From assembly GCA_964016885.1 (NCBI GenBank), contig OZ024743.1, positions 165,540,001 through 165,604,000 on the forward strand: a stretch of DNA of 64,000 nucleotides, written 5' to 3'. The notes below the pieces were generated by a model. The model saw nothing but the letters and a program-made list of their open reading frames with translations, made no database searches and was not told the origin of the DNA. Positions 42,196-54,327 of this stretch are shown here, in pieces; the stretch's first letter is position 1, and the number at the start of each line of letters is the position of its first letter. The translations under genes were made by a program, and so were the position numbers. This DNA is from Eledone cirrhosa (lineage: Eukaryota).

Positions 42196-42789
42196 TTTTT
42201 ATGTCCGTTTTCCCATGCTTGCATGGGTTAGACGCGTCCTCCTCAATAAATACCACATAGTTAAATTTTGTCATCTCTCACGTCTCTCTCGGTCTTCCTC
42301 CACCTTCGCTTTCTTCCACTTGGAGCTGTTGACACTTTCTCATTTACCAATCGTCATTCATACGCTTTATATATCCGAATCAGTGCAATCTCCTCAACTG
42401 CGCGCAACATCCGATACCTCTTATGCTCTTTCACCAATGTTAGAAAAAAAAATTATTTCTTCAGTAATTTCTTGCGAGTTTCTACTGCACCACTTGGAAC
42501 CTCTCTGTGTTTCTGCAGCATTGTGTTCATATTTTAGGGGAGTTGGGAAAGTAAAGGATCTTCTTGTTAAACTGGAGATGAGATAAGAATTGTTGAGATT
42601 ATGAAGGATATTAATACAGCATCAGTCTGATTTTGTTGTGCATTTTAGCTTATTGTTTCTTGTGTTATTGTAGTGTTTGTTTTGTTGTGATAGTGTGTGT
42701 AATGTTATTTTATTGGATATTAATCTTGAAGAATATGTTATGTGAGTTGTGTTGTTTTATTTTATAAGATGCTTTTGTTTAGGATGTTT

Positions 42790-43830
42790 TACGTATGAAG
42801 TTCACTCTATTTGAGCTGTACTATTAAATTGATAATGTCTTGTGCAGGACCTGGGCTGCTTCTAGCATAGCTATTTTGGGGGATAGTGTATAGTGTTGTG
42901 AATCAATGTTTTTGTATAAATTTCTCATCATACCTAGTGTTCCGATTATTATTGACACTATATTTACCTTCATACCCACATCTTGTATATCTCAATTTCA
43001 AGACCCCATTATTTTGATAGATATATTCCAATTCTTTTCAGGCAAGATTTGGGTTAGAAGGGATTGCGACGTTTATCAGTGTACATGTTTTTTGTTTGTT
43101 TGTTTGGTTTATGTTTTTCAAGTACTTGTTTATTATGTTTGGAAGATTTGCCTTGAATTATTTGTCGGTTTGGATAGACTATCTTAGATGATTGCAGCAA
43201 GATTACTATCGTGTACCGTGTTTGGTAAATCTATATACCACTTCATGTTCGTTTTCATGTCGAAGTCTTTACATATTACCCAATGGATATAGCCGCCACT
43301 AGGTCACGCGCCTTCACAAACATTATTCTATTCTAATTATTCTAGTTAGTGTGCGTTGAATCCCTACGATAAACTTATGTGTCATTTGTATATTTAAAAT
43401 GCGACATCTGAGTATTTAATTCGTTGCATTTGAGTTTGTATGGTTATAAGTTTTGACCTATCATCTGTTAGAATACCCGTTGTTGAGTAATATCTTTTAC
43501 TCTGTGAATATCTTTAGCGTTTGTGAAGTATATATTAGCATTGACATTTTGTGTCTGTGTGGATATTTGTGGCGCCCACGTGTGTATAGGCAGTTTTAGT
43601 GCCAATAGACGTGAGGTATCTGCTGTTGTCTATCTAAATATTCACATATTTAGCTAAAGTCAACATATTTTATTGTTTGGGGTGTGGGACTTTATAAGAG
43701 TTTGTTTTTTACGTCAACAGACATGAAGTATTTACATATTGACTAGACAATTAAAACACTCTCTCAGTTCGGTCATCTAGTTTAAGGGACTTTGCTATTC
43801 TTTTCAAACCGCATTGGTCTCAGTCAAAGC
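42790..43830 (-). mobile_element. Highly decayed R4/Dong-like RLE retrotransposon 3' part
   Basis: Minus remnants GGYIHW, IQTDK, LINVAIPS and KMWGMKVNIVSIIIGTLG parallel the C-terminus of ORF 59486-62173. The upper boundary is uncertain. Confidence 0.55.
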
Positions 43831-43839
43831 CATCCCATT

Positions 43840-44640
43840 CACATTTTTGTAGATGGTCGTGATTGCATTTTTTTCCAGCTTCTTATAGGTCGGTAAGTCC
43901 ACCTTATATACGTTTTTGGTTTTATCGGAGGGGACATTGAGACTGGGGGAACTTTTCATTTTCAGCATTTCGTCTTTTAAATAGGCCTGGAATGGTGTGT
44001 TGGCTCTACGAAATTTTATGTCACTGATTATTTTGAAGAGGTCTTCCTCAAATGGTTCAAGTAGGCTGTTGGTAGGTGGTGCCTTATTCGTTTTGAAACC
44101 GAACTTCTCATCATTGGTAGATGCTACATCAGGGTGGTCGAAGGCTCTTCATCTAATACGCTTAATGAACTCGTTTGTACGTCTGATGAGTGTTTTTAAC
44201 TATTGTTTCCTTGAAGGGATCGGGATGTTCTTGAAGGAGATATCGAGGTCGAGTTTGGTCAGCATGGGTTCTTGGTGATGGTTAAGACGGGCACAGTAAG
44301 TGCTAAAAGATAAGTTTATCCCGGGTTCAATTGGGGTTAACCACGGTAAGTAAGTTACTCAATACATAGCAGAGTATAAATATTTAATATAGAAATGGCT
44401 TCTACAGGACTAGAGCTGTTTCATTCGGGAGAAATCCTCAGGAAGCCGACTGTCCGAGTAATATGGTGGTAGTTATACCTTTTCTGGTGGTTGGATAGGG
44501 TGGTGATTGGGATGGGTAGAGGTCATTGGTTGATGGATTTAAAGAAAAGGGAATTCTTTAAAAACTATATTTAGAGTAACAAAGTAAAGAAAACATTCTA
44601 TAGACAGGTTCACACTGGGGATGCCACTTTAAGGTTCACT
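43840..44640 (-). mobile_element. 5' end of a Penelope-like element: pLTR with intact HHR (44397-44447) followed by the ORF N-terminus
   Basis: HHR GGCTTC-CTGAGGA-T(TTC..GAA)T-GAAA-CAG..CTG-TA-GAAGCC. Downstream SFKNIPIPSRKQ*LKTLIRRTNEFIKRIR*RAF...FGFKTNKAPP...FEEDL...SDKTKNVYK. Confidence 0.85.
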
Positions 44641-44699
44641 TAAGCTAAAAATCAGGAGTGTCCACTCCCCAGTGTGAACCTGTCTATAGAATCGCGCTC

Positions 44700-45415
44700 C
44701 ACAAAAAAAAATACTTTATTGGATGGCCGTTGACTCTGCTGAGTTCCTCCGCCCTCTGACGGGTTTTGTTTTTCATCCCGCAGAGTGTCTAAAATCACTC
44801 TCCTCACCAAAAGATGCTGGGGCTGCCGATTTAGTCGCAGACGACCATTTACAGGTTGAACTGGGTTACATGTGACCAGTAGCGCTGAAGATCGACCTGA
44901 TATATACATATATACATATATACATATATACATATATACATATATACATTTATATATACATAGATGCATACATATATACATATATGATGGCTGCAAACTC
45001 TGCTAAGAGTATCACAATCGCTTGTTAGATTACAGAAAATGGTGCACGTTTAGGCTACGGCCAGCTACACGAATCTGTAACAGATCCTGAACAAGCAATG
45101 CTTGTGCTTTGAAAGTTTTTTTAAGTAGGGAAAGGCCTTACACTCGACCAATCCCACTCTCTGAGCATCGAAAACACTACCCGAAAAGGAGAACTGGTCA
45201 ACATCATCGGATGCTTCCGATCTGCAGGGGTTTTTTTTTCAGAGTTTCCCTCTCTTAGAAAGACGTTGTGACAACAACTGGGGGGCCTTTCACTCCCAGG
45301 TGAAAAAAAAAGTACTATTTGGATGGCCGTTGACTCTGCTGAGTTCCTCCGTCCTTTGTCGGGTCTTGTATTTCATCCCGCAGGGTGTCCAAATATCACC
45401 CACCTCACCAAGCAA
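44700..45415 (-). mobile_element. Two partial copies of the retroposon seen at 5987-6573
   Basis: Shared GGATGGCCGTTG, CCCGCAG(A/G)GTGTC and CACCAA segments at 44720-44900 and 45320-45415. Confidence 0.7.
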
Positions 45416-45905
45416 GCTTACATATATATATATATATATACATACATACATACATAAATATATACATATATACATATATACATACATGCATATATACATA
45501 TATACATAGATACTTACATACATACTTATATACGCACCTAAAAACATCAAGAAAAATATAAAATTTTAAATAGTTTTGTGGTTTTGTTTTCCAGAAGGCT
45601 AAAATTGAAAGAACTCAAAAGAAGTGACTGAGTCATGGTTAAGCTGCTAGTAACAAACACTTGGACTAATTGTGCCATGTAGTTGTCATTGAGATAACAA
45701 AATTGCATAGAAACGTCTGAAGCAAAGCTAATTACAAATTAAACCACTGTTGACCAATTAATTATATCGCCGAAATGTCCTACATTGTACATTGCGTTTC
45801 ATTCACCTCTCTTTCTCTCTTGTTCTCTTTCTTCGTATAGTTCTTTCTCTCGCTTTCTTCCTCTTATTCTCTCTCTCCCCCTCTCTCTCCCTCTTTCACT
45901 CTCTA

Positions 45906-45948
<43 letters not shown>

Positions 45949-46304
45949 TGCTAGCCCCTCTATCGTATTTAGTGTTATCATGGAAAGAAAGAGTGAGTGA
46001 GAGAGATAACTATGTTGTAGGTCAATATTTTATTGTGTCCAACTAGATTACAATACGTCTAAACGAGATCCATTGCACTCAAGCTCTTCTTGTGCAATCT
46101 TTTCATCGGTCTTTCTTTCTCTCTCGTATATCTCTCTCGTCCAGTCATGATATTCCCTTTCTTTGTCTCCCTCTCACGCATTCGCATCTATATACAGACG
46201 CGCGCACACACGCACACGCACGGACACATATAATTTGTATGCATGTAGGTGTATGTGTATGTGTGTGTGTATATATATTTATATATAGATATATATATAT
46301 AAAT

Positions 46305-46640
46305 AAATATACACAGGTGTGTATGATTGTGTATAGAAGATTATATTAATAAAAGGAATTCCAACTTTGTCTTATTTACTCGTTTTATTTACATTATTTT
46401 TATTTACCATATTCTGTGGTGACTTTCAAGTTTGCAATGTTCAACTGTTGAAAATTGCAAACTTGACTGTCACCATAGAATATGAACCTGAAGATTGCGA
46501 AAGCATGAAAGTACTTGTTCAATTAACACTTAACATTTAATATTCTACCATACTATTTCATTCTAATAGCATTATAATTTTAAAGGATTGCAAATAAAAC
46601 GAGTAAATCAGACAAAGTTGGAATTCCTTTTATTAATATA
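46305..46640. mobile_element. Fold-back copy of the 19696-19950 element; intact HHR on plus (46483-46521), HHR deleted from the inverted arm
   Basis: Outer arms 46342-46395 / 46587-46640 and inner arms 46408-46445 / 46447-46484. Confidence 0.8.
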
Positions 46641-46720
46641 TTTAGATATATATGTGTATGTGTGTATGTCTATATGTAATATATATGTATATATATAGAT
46701 ATAGATATATATGTACGTGC

Positions 46721-46843
<123 letters not shown>

Positions 46844-46890
46844 AAGAGAGAGAGAGAAAGAGAAGTAGTTCCACAGCAGTTAATTCACCA

Positions 46891-46943
46891 TTTTAGAAAA
46901 CAATTGTTTCACCTTATCATCACTCGGATCGTCAGCTCAGTTT
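46891..46943 (-). ncRNA. Hammerhead motif with intact core and decayed stem I
   Basis: AAACTGAG-CTGACGA-TCC...GGT-GAAA-CAATTG-TT. The family copy at 52496-52536 supplies the complementary CTCAGTTT. Confidence 0.6.
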
Positions 46944-47289
46944 AAATGAGATTATACGGAAAAGGAAAAACAATTATACGAATACGCATGTGCAGAAGAA
47001 GTCACTTCCCAAAGGGGAGGAACTGACGTTAGATCGATAGGAAGGAGATCACTGTGAAAACTCAGAATTTAATAGATTATTCATGTTATTCAATCCAGTG
47101 ATCACATCGCATAGTCAGTCTGGGGCTTTGAAATTATGTAATAGGTGTTTCGAAACGTGTGGACAACGCGAGTAAAATTCATTTCTTGTATTTAGACAAG
47201 CGCTATGACGCACTCCTCAGGATATTGATTATTTCTTCAATGCAGAGCCCACAAGACGGATTCCCATTTCCGTATGACTTAGACTTAGT

Positions 47290-48050
47290 AATTACTTTCC
47301 ATTGACAAGCGCCAGCCTCATTGCTAACACCTTGGCTAAAATCTTCAACTCTGTGTTGAGCAGAGTTATGGGCTTGAAATTGATTATGTTGTCCCCTTTG
47401 TTCTCGTCTTTCCTGATCAGCGTTACTACACTTCCGTTTACAGAACTGTGAATTCTCCTAGTCTGCTGCCAGTTGCAGTAGACCGCTTCGAGGACGTCAG
47501 AGAAGAAGTCCGGCATGCCTATGTTAAGCACCTAGGATAGACCATCTAGACCGGGTGATTTACGCTTCCCACAGTGGCGTAGGGTGTCTTGTATTTCAGC
47601 GGCTGTAATCGGCCTTTCACAGCTCTCCACATCCGTGTTCGAGAGTCGCGGTAGGCCGTCGAAGTAGGGATTGAAGTCCGTCACTCCGTCCGACACACTG
47701 CTCTGTCCGAACAGTTTTGCAAAGTGCTGCTGGAAAGCCGTGCACATCTGTATGGATTCAAGTAGCACGCGTGCGACTTGAACTTTTAAAGACCGAATTG
47801 TGAATTTATTGCCACTTTTCGTCTCTGCCACTCGGGCCCAGCTAACAGCTTTCGCTCCTTCGTTTCTCGGAGCACGTGTTCTACTTCTGATAATACAACC
47901 TTCGCATTGAAGAACTGGTCTCGTGCCGTTCTTGCTGCTAACAAGCTAGCTGCAGTGCCACATTTAAGTGCCTCTTCTACATTGGCTACCGATTCCTTCT
48001 CTGTCTTGTTCTTCCCTAAAGTGCAAATTTTCGCCCCTAAGGGATTGAAA
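47290..48050 (-). mobile_element. Tx1/L1-like LINE ORF2 internal fragment
   Basis: KSPGLDGL and VVTLIRKD...FKPITLLNTELKILAKVLA. Confidence 0.88.
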
Positions 48051-48189
48051 CTTAGAGAAACCAATCCCCTGAAGTTTCAGGGGGTTGGTTTAACTTTAAA
48101 ACAATGTAAAATAAAATTTACAAATATCAGATTTTCTCGTAGAAAATCAAGCAAGAATTCACCAGTGAGCCGTCACACGTCTACCGATA

Positions 48190-49200
48190 AAGATAGATAG
48201 ATTTCTTTATTTGCCACAAGGGCTCACAAGAAAAGGGGACAATACAAAGACATGCCGGGGATTTTACATACAGTCGTGTAAAAAAATATAAAAACAAACA
48301 ATTATAACAATCGAAATCCCCAATAGGAGGGAAGCGCCACAAATGGGTTGTTTAATACCCCGTAGATAGAACAACCCCCAACTTCAGGAGCGTGTTGTGC
48401 AAGTGCTCCTTTCTTCCTTTTGCTCTCTTCTTTAACCTACAGGCTTATAAACAGAGAAGACCCAATCACTCGGGCCATTTTTGCCACATTCACCCACCTT
48501 TCAGTAAATTTACTGGGGTGCAGTGCCTCTCGCTCCACTCTGATTCTCCTTCTAAAGTGGTATCTAAAGAAGGGAATGAGTTGTTGTCCGGAGAGCAAGG
48601 CATCTGTCCCCAGTCCTCTCAATCTCGTCCACCATATAACCTCTTTCACCATAGCCACTGTACAGAAGAAAACCGCCTCTCTTTCGTTTTTTAAAGAGGC
48701 TGGCGCTTTGATCGTTACTATGGACTCGGCAGTCAACTGGATTTGTCCCATACGCGACAGCAGTTGTTCTGCATAGTTCCACAGGTCGGTTACGCCCGGG
48801 CAGTGTACAATTGCGTGCAAGACGGTTTCAATGTCTTGCTCGCATCTTGGACACGTCCTCTTGGAAGGATCCCTCCCGGGGCGTCCGTGCCTGTAGATCT
48901 TATCTCGAACGGGTAGACCTATTCGGTAGCACTGCCAGGCCAGGGACCTCTGGAAGTTATCCATAGGTCCCGGGCGGAAAGTCCTACCGAACATACTAGT
49001 GAGCTCGTCGACTTCGACGCCTAGAGTCTCCCCGAGCACGTCGTCGCACTTGTAAAGTACTAACCCTCTATAGAATATCGAAATAGAGTCTCCACTGATT
49101 GCTGTGCCCGCTTGACAGAGGACTGTGAGCGCCTGGGCTCATTCAATGTGCCAGGCACCCATCTTCTTCGGTCTTCGCTTGACCCAGGACTGCAGCTAGA
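48190..49200 (-). mobile_element. 5'-truncated Tx1/L1-like LINE 3' end
   Basis: CPRCEQDIETVLHAIVHC knuckle; 3' UTR ending AATAAAGAA(ATCT)n. Confidence 0.88.
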
Positions 49201-49239
49201 GAGATAGATGTTGTTTCTATTGCCCGAAGATAGATAGAT

Positions 49240-51098
49240 TTCTTTATTTGCCACAAGGGCGCACAAGAAAATGGGACAATACAAAGACACATTCCAGGGA
49301 TTTTACATACAGTCGTGTAAAAATATTGAAACAAACAATTATAACACTTGTTGTCCGGAGAGAAGGGCATCTGTCCTCAGTCCTCTCAATCTCGTCCACC
49401 ATATAACCTCTTTCACCATAGCCACTGTATAGAGGAAAACCGCATCTCTTTCGTTTTTGAAAGAGGCTGGAGGTTTGATCCTTACTATGGACTTGGCAGT
49501 CAACTAGATTTGTCCCATACGCGACAGCAGTTGTTCTGCATAGTTCCACAGGTCACTTACACCCGGGAAGTGTACAATTGCGTGCAAGACGGTTTCAATG
49601 TCCTGCTCGCATCTTGGACACGTCCTATTGGAAGGATCCCTGCTGGGTTGTCTGTGCCTGTAGATCTTATCTCGAACGGGTAGAGCTCCTCGGTAGCACT
49701 GCCAGGCCAGGGACCTCTGGAAGTTGTCCATAGGTACCAGGCGGAAAGTCTTACCAAACAGACTGGTGAGCTCGTAGTCTTCGACGTCTCCCCGAGAACG
49801 TCGTCGCACTTGTGTAAAGTACTAACTCTCTATAGAATCTCGAAATGGAGTCTCCACTGATTGCTGTGCCCGCTTGATAGAGGACTGTGAGCGCCTGGGC
49901 GCATTCAATGTGCCAGGCGCCCATCTTCTTCGGTCTTCGCTTGACCCAGGACTGCAGCTCCATCAGCGAGACAAGTTGTGGGAAGGCTTGTCTCATAAAC
50001 GGTGCCCAGTTGGTCGGTGAGGAATACCTGAAGATGCCGTAGCCTCAGCGTATGTTTGCGCATCATTAGCCACGGCATGCCCAGCCCTCCGTTGGAAGAG
50101 TGTTGACAGGAGACGGATCTCCTCACCAGTGGAGCCTGCTTCTTCCACAGGAACTGGAAGAGCATGCGTTCCATTTTGGTGAGATATTCACGGGGACAAG
50201 GCACGCCATCAAGCGGTAGTAGATGACGGACGCTATGAAAGTGTTCGCCACCTCCGCTCGACCTTTCAAAGACAGTTTGTACTCTGCCCACTTCTGGGTG
50301 AGCGCAAATACCTTGGCCATGACCTCGTTCCAGTTTTTCTCCACCTGGAGGTCTGGACCGAACCAGACTCCGAGCAATTTCCCCGGTCCTTCCGTCCAGC
50401 GTCTTACGACTATGTCGGACGGTATCGGTTTGCCTCTCGACGTTCCTAGTTGCAAACCGACAGACTTGTCCGGGTTCAGTTTTGCTCCTGTGAACCTTTC
50501 GTATTCCTGTAGTAGGTTGCCGATTACCTCGATCTCCGAGGTTTTCGATACCATTACCGTCACGGCGTCGGCATAAGCCGACGCCGCTTTTCGCAGTCCC
50601 AGTTCTAAAGGGATGTCATGCAAAAGCTCCAACTTCCGCAGTAGTGGCTCTAGAGTCAAGGAGTACAGAATGGAGGAGAGAGGCCATCCCTGCAGAATGG
50701 AACGCGTGATTGCGGACGGCTCCGATAGGTAGCCGTTCACCTTGACCTTCGAGCAGATGCTGGTGTGCATCGCCTTGATCCAGCCTCTGACAACGTGACC
50801 GAAACCGGCCGCCTTGAGAACCGCTTCCAAGTATCGATGGTCGACCCTGTCGAATGCCTTAGACTGATCTAAATTGATCAGAGCCCCACCGAAGCCGGGT
50901 TTACGCCCCACCCTCTCTATGATGTATCTCATGAGGTAGAGGTTGTCGTGTATGGACCTGGTCGGGATTGCACACGTTTGCGCTTTCCCTACCAGGTTTT
51001 CGACGTCAAGCGCCAGCCTCGTCGCTAGCACCTTGGCCAAAATCTTTAACTCTGTGTTGAGCAGAGTTATGGGCCTGAAATTGTTTATTTCGCTCCCC
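49240..51098 (-). mobile_element. 5'-truncated Tx1/L1-like LINE (RT plus CCHC) with 20-bp TSD
   Basis: FRPITLLN, LDQSKAFDRVDH, QGWPLS and AYADAV. TSD TTGCCCGAAGATAGATAGAT at 49220-49239 and 51099-51118. Confidence 0.92.
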
Positions 51099-51716
51099 TT
51101 GCCCGAAGATAGATAGATAAATAAGTAGATGGTTAAAGGTAAATGCTGTTCTACCACAAATCGCCATTTCCCAAGTTGTGCTACTATAAATTGTATGATT
51201 ATGGTCTCTATCTCTCCCTATCCCCTCCCCCCTCTCCCCCTCTTTCTTTTATATGAATGGTTTTGTATCTACTATATTTATATGTTTACCAGTATACATG
51301 TTATATATATATGAGTGTGTGGATGTATGTGTGTATGAGTATGTCTGTGTAGGTGCGCGAGTGGGTTTGCGTGTGTGTGTCTGTATTTATGTGGGTGCTT
51401 GTAATTGATATGGAGACTGCAGTAAGATATTTAATCTACGTGTAACATATTCAGAGAATAATTATAATTAAACGACTAATTAATTAAGTAATATATCAGG
51501 TCGATCTAATTAAAACGTTTGTCCTGCAATCGTGTGGTTACGAATTCGATTACACTGCGTGACACATTCAACAAGTGTCCTTTACCATAGTCTCAGGTTG
51601 ACCAAGTCTTAGGCAGTCGATTTATTCAAAGAAGAGAGGGGGTAGAGAAAATAAGAGAAAGCTAGAGAGGGAAAATACGAGAAAGCTAGAGGGAGAGAGA
51701 AGGCAAAGAGGAAGAA

Positions 51717-51875
51717 TCCATCCGAGGACGCGACTGGTACTGAATTTATCGACCTAGAAAGAATGAAAGGCAAAGTTAACCTCGGTGGTATTTGAACTCA
51801 GACCTTAGATAGCCTGAACGTGTACTGCAAAGCATTCTTTCCGACCTTCTAACGGGCCTGCCATTAGGTTGCCTT
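51717..51875 (-). mobile_element. Diverged tRNA/Meta-type SINE
   Basis: GACTGGTAC..TTTATCGACC..GAATGAAAGGCAAAGTTAACCTCGG..TTTGAACTCAGA. Confidence 0.75.
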
Positions 51876-51971
51876 CATAATACATACATGATGGATGCCC
51901 CTTCGTTATCGAGTATGGCCATTGCACGATATACCATTATCAATAATTATTAAAAAAATTCTAACGTGCAT

Positions 51972-52044
<73 letters not shown>

Positions 52045-52329
52045 TACATATGCACGCGTTTGTATGAATTAACCATTATACTAGGGTTTACGGGTTTACG
52101 CGTCTTGAATGTATTTATAGGACGTGATATATATGGTGAATGCATTAACAATAGTTGAATATAAAAATAGCAGAACATAATTACAATTTTATGAGAAGTT
52201 AATTAAGTAATCATCATGGCCATGTCGTTTAGATGCTGTCTTTGCAAATAAGTCGTTCTGGGTTCAATACCATTACGTGTCGTCTTCACCACGCAAATAT
52301 ATATATATGTGTGCGCACGCGCTGGTGTG

Positions 52330-52370
<41 letters not shown>

Positions 52371-52453
52371 GTAGAATACTGGAAGGTAATATCCGTAGTG
52401 GTAGAGCACTCAGTCCATGGGACGAGTTAGGTAGAAGTGGTTACACAACAGTT

Positions 52454-52544
52454 AGTTCACCATACCGAGAATAATTGTTTCACCTTAGCGGATCCGAGCT
52501 GAGTATCCGCTAAGGTGAAACAATTGTTCTCAGTTTGGTGAACT
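52454..52544. mobile_element. ~90-bp palindrome built from hammerhead halves
   Basis: AGTTCACCA..AATTGTTTCACCTTAGCGGAT-loop-ATCCGCTAAGGTGAAACAATT..TGGTGAACT; same family as 46860-46943; plus-strand core CTGAGTA is mutated. Confidence 0.7.
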
Positions 52545-53452
52545 CTCTCTCTCTCTATATATATATATATAATGACTAAAATATGGGCGAAGATGAAAAG
52601 ATGTATGAATACAGACTGTCCCCTGTCGTCAGTCGACCTCTAGAGATATGTTGTTTCAGAGCTTTAAGTTCGATACAACTGGGTCTAGAGCACAGGGGAC
52701 AGTAACAAATGGATAAAGGGCCAGACGATAGTTGTAACAACTATTTACAAATAAGAGAAATTTTGCCACTCCCTTGAGCTGTAACTAAAAAGATATCGAT
52801 GACGCCCAACATATTGATTAGCCAAGAAGAATAAAAGAGAAAGTGGAAGAGATAAAGAATATACAATCGTTAATAAAACTATTTTCCATTTGTTTGGACG
52901 TTAAGTCTTAAAAAGACAAACACAACGAGCAGAGAGGGAGAGAGAGTGAGAGGGAGGGGAAGAAAGAGAGAGAGTAAATTCAGAAAGACAGACAAATGTG
53001 GAGGTGTAAGATAAAGATTTGAAAAAAGAGACCCACACAGCTAAAAAACATACGAATAAATAAACAATATGGGCGAAGACAGGAAAATGAACGAATACAG
53101 ATAGTCCCATCTCACTCGGCGAAAAGTATCATGAGGTTAATGCTTGTGTGATAGAAAAAAGTCCCTAGCCACTGTTTGCCTTATTTTAGGAAGGTTGTAG
53201 CATGGGGTGCAAACAACCGGTTGACTTGAGAGGCATTGGAAAAATTTGAAATGTAGTCGTCCCAAATGCAAATGACGCTAATAATAGTTGATCATTGCAT
53301 ATAATAGTTTAAACTTGGTTAAAGTAACTCTGAAGGCGATAAAAAACGAACTGAGGTGCCTCTGTGATCGACTATTATCATTGTCATTTACGTTGGTACA
53401 ATTACATTTCAAATTTAATAGTTTAACTATTTCTTTCTGATCTTTTCTTCAG

Positions 53453-53558
53453 TGACATCGGCCTCAGGAAGTTGTACGCTGTCGAAAGCTGGCAGATGTG
53501 TCAAGGATTTCGGTCGAAACAGTCATAGAGCAATGGGCAACCGAAAGGCCCTGTGCCA
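53453..53558 (+). CDS. Second coding exon of the host secreted protein: (V)TSASGSCTLSKAGRCVKDFGRNSHRAMGNRKALC(Q/H)
   Basis: Strong acceptor tttctttctgatcttttcttcag and donor gtgagt; 106 nt; only the phase-1 frame is open, matching exon 41926-41968. Confidence 0.8.
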
Positions 53559-53868
53559 GTGAGTTTTAATTTTTTTCATAAACATTTTTCCCTTTAAAAT
53601 ATTTTGTATTCCAATTGTTTAAAGATTGAATAGGATGCAGTAGAACGCCACATTAAATGTATTTCAGAGTTTAGTCCCATCTCCATAAATTCAATTTCTG
53701 TGATCAACTTCATAGCAACTGAATCAGTAAAATAAGTACCAAGAGATCACTTCCATTGATAAGACTTTTCCTCTTTGCGGAAAAGTGTTAAAACAAATAA
53801 CAAGAAGTGAAAAAATATATTATTAAAAAGAAAATTTGTTTTCGTTCTAATATTGCAGATATATAAAT

Positions 53869-54327
53869 GCATTCGTGAGTTTTATATCGAATAATAATTG
53901 TTTCTACTTTTGGCACAAGGCCAGCAATTACCCAGTGTATTACTGGTACTTTATTTTATCGACCCCGTAAGGATGAAAGGCAAAGTTAACCTCGGTGGGA
54001 TTTGAACTCAGATCATAAAGGGACGTAACTCTATGCTTTAAAGCATGGTGTCCGACTCTCTACCGATACTGCCAATCCAATAATAATAATATTCGATTCG
54101 TTTGCAAGCAAACGGCCTCATAGTACAGTGTATTTTAGACGACTATCGTCATCCTTTTGTTCTAACGGTATCAGAGAGAAACAATCGACAATTATTTCGG
54201 GGTTGTTGCCCTTTGTCAGGATTGTGTATCTCTCATTTTCTCTCGTCTAAAACACAGAGTGTTATGAGGCTGTTTGCTTGCAAATGAATCGAATATTATT
54301 ATTATTCGATATAAAACTCACAAATGC
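53869..54327. mobile_element. Fold-back element with HHR in the spacer (54181-54225, minus); left arm interrupted by a SINE
   Basis: Arms 53869-53898 plus 54079-54142 vs 54243-54327. ACAATC-CTGACAA-A(GGG..CCC)C-GAAA-TAATTG-TC-GATTGT has one core change. Confidence 0.7.
53890..54079 (-). mobile_element. tRNA/Meta-domain SINE copy with AATAATAAT-like TSD
   Basis: Reverse complement of 13115-13303. Confidence 0.88.

Noticed and set aside
41230-42274. Pro/His/Asp/Ser-rich ORFs
   Set aside because: Triplet-repeat artefacts; only 41926-41968 has exon evidence.
45595-45640. Strong acceptor ttttgttttccag inside the host intron
   Set aside because: Joined to the phase-1 exon it reads G|AA GGC TAA (immediate stop), and no clear donor follows.
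53668-53700. gtatttcag as the next acceptor after exon 53453-53558
   Set aside because: Phase-2 reading stops after two codons and leaves an odd Cys; weak support.
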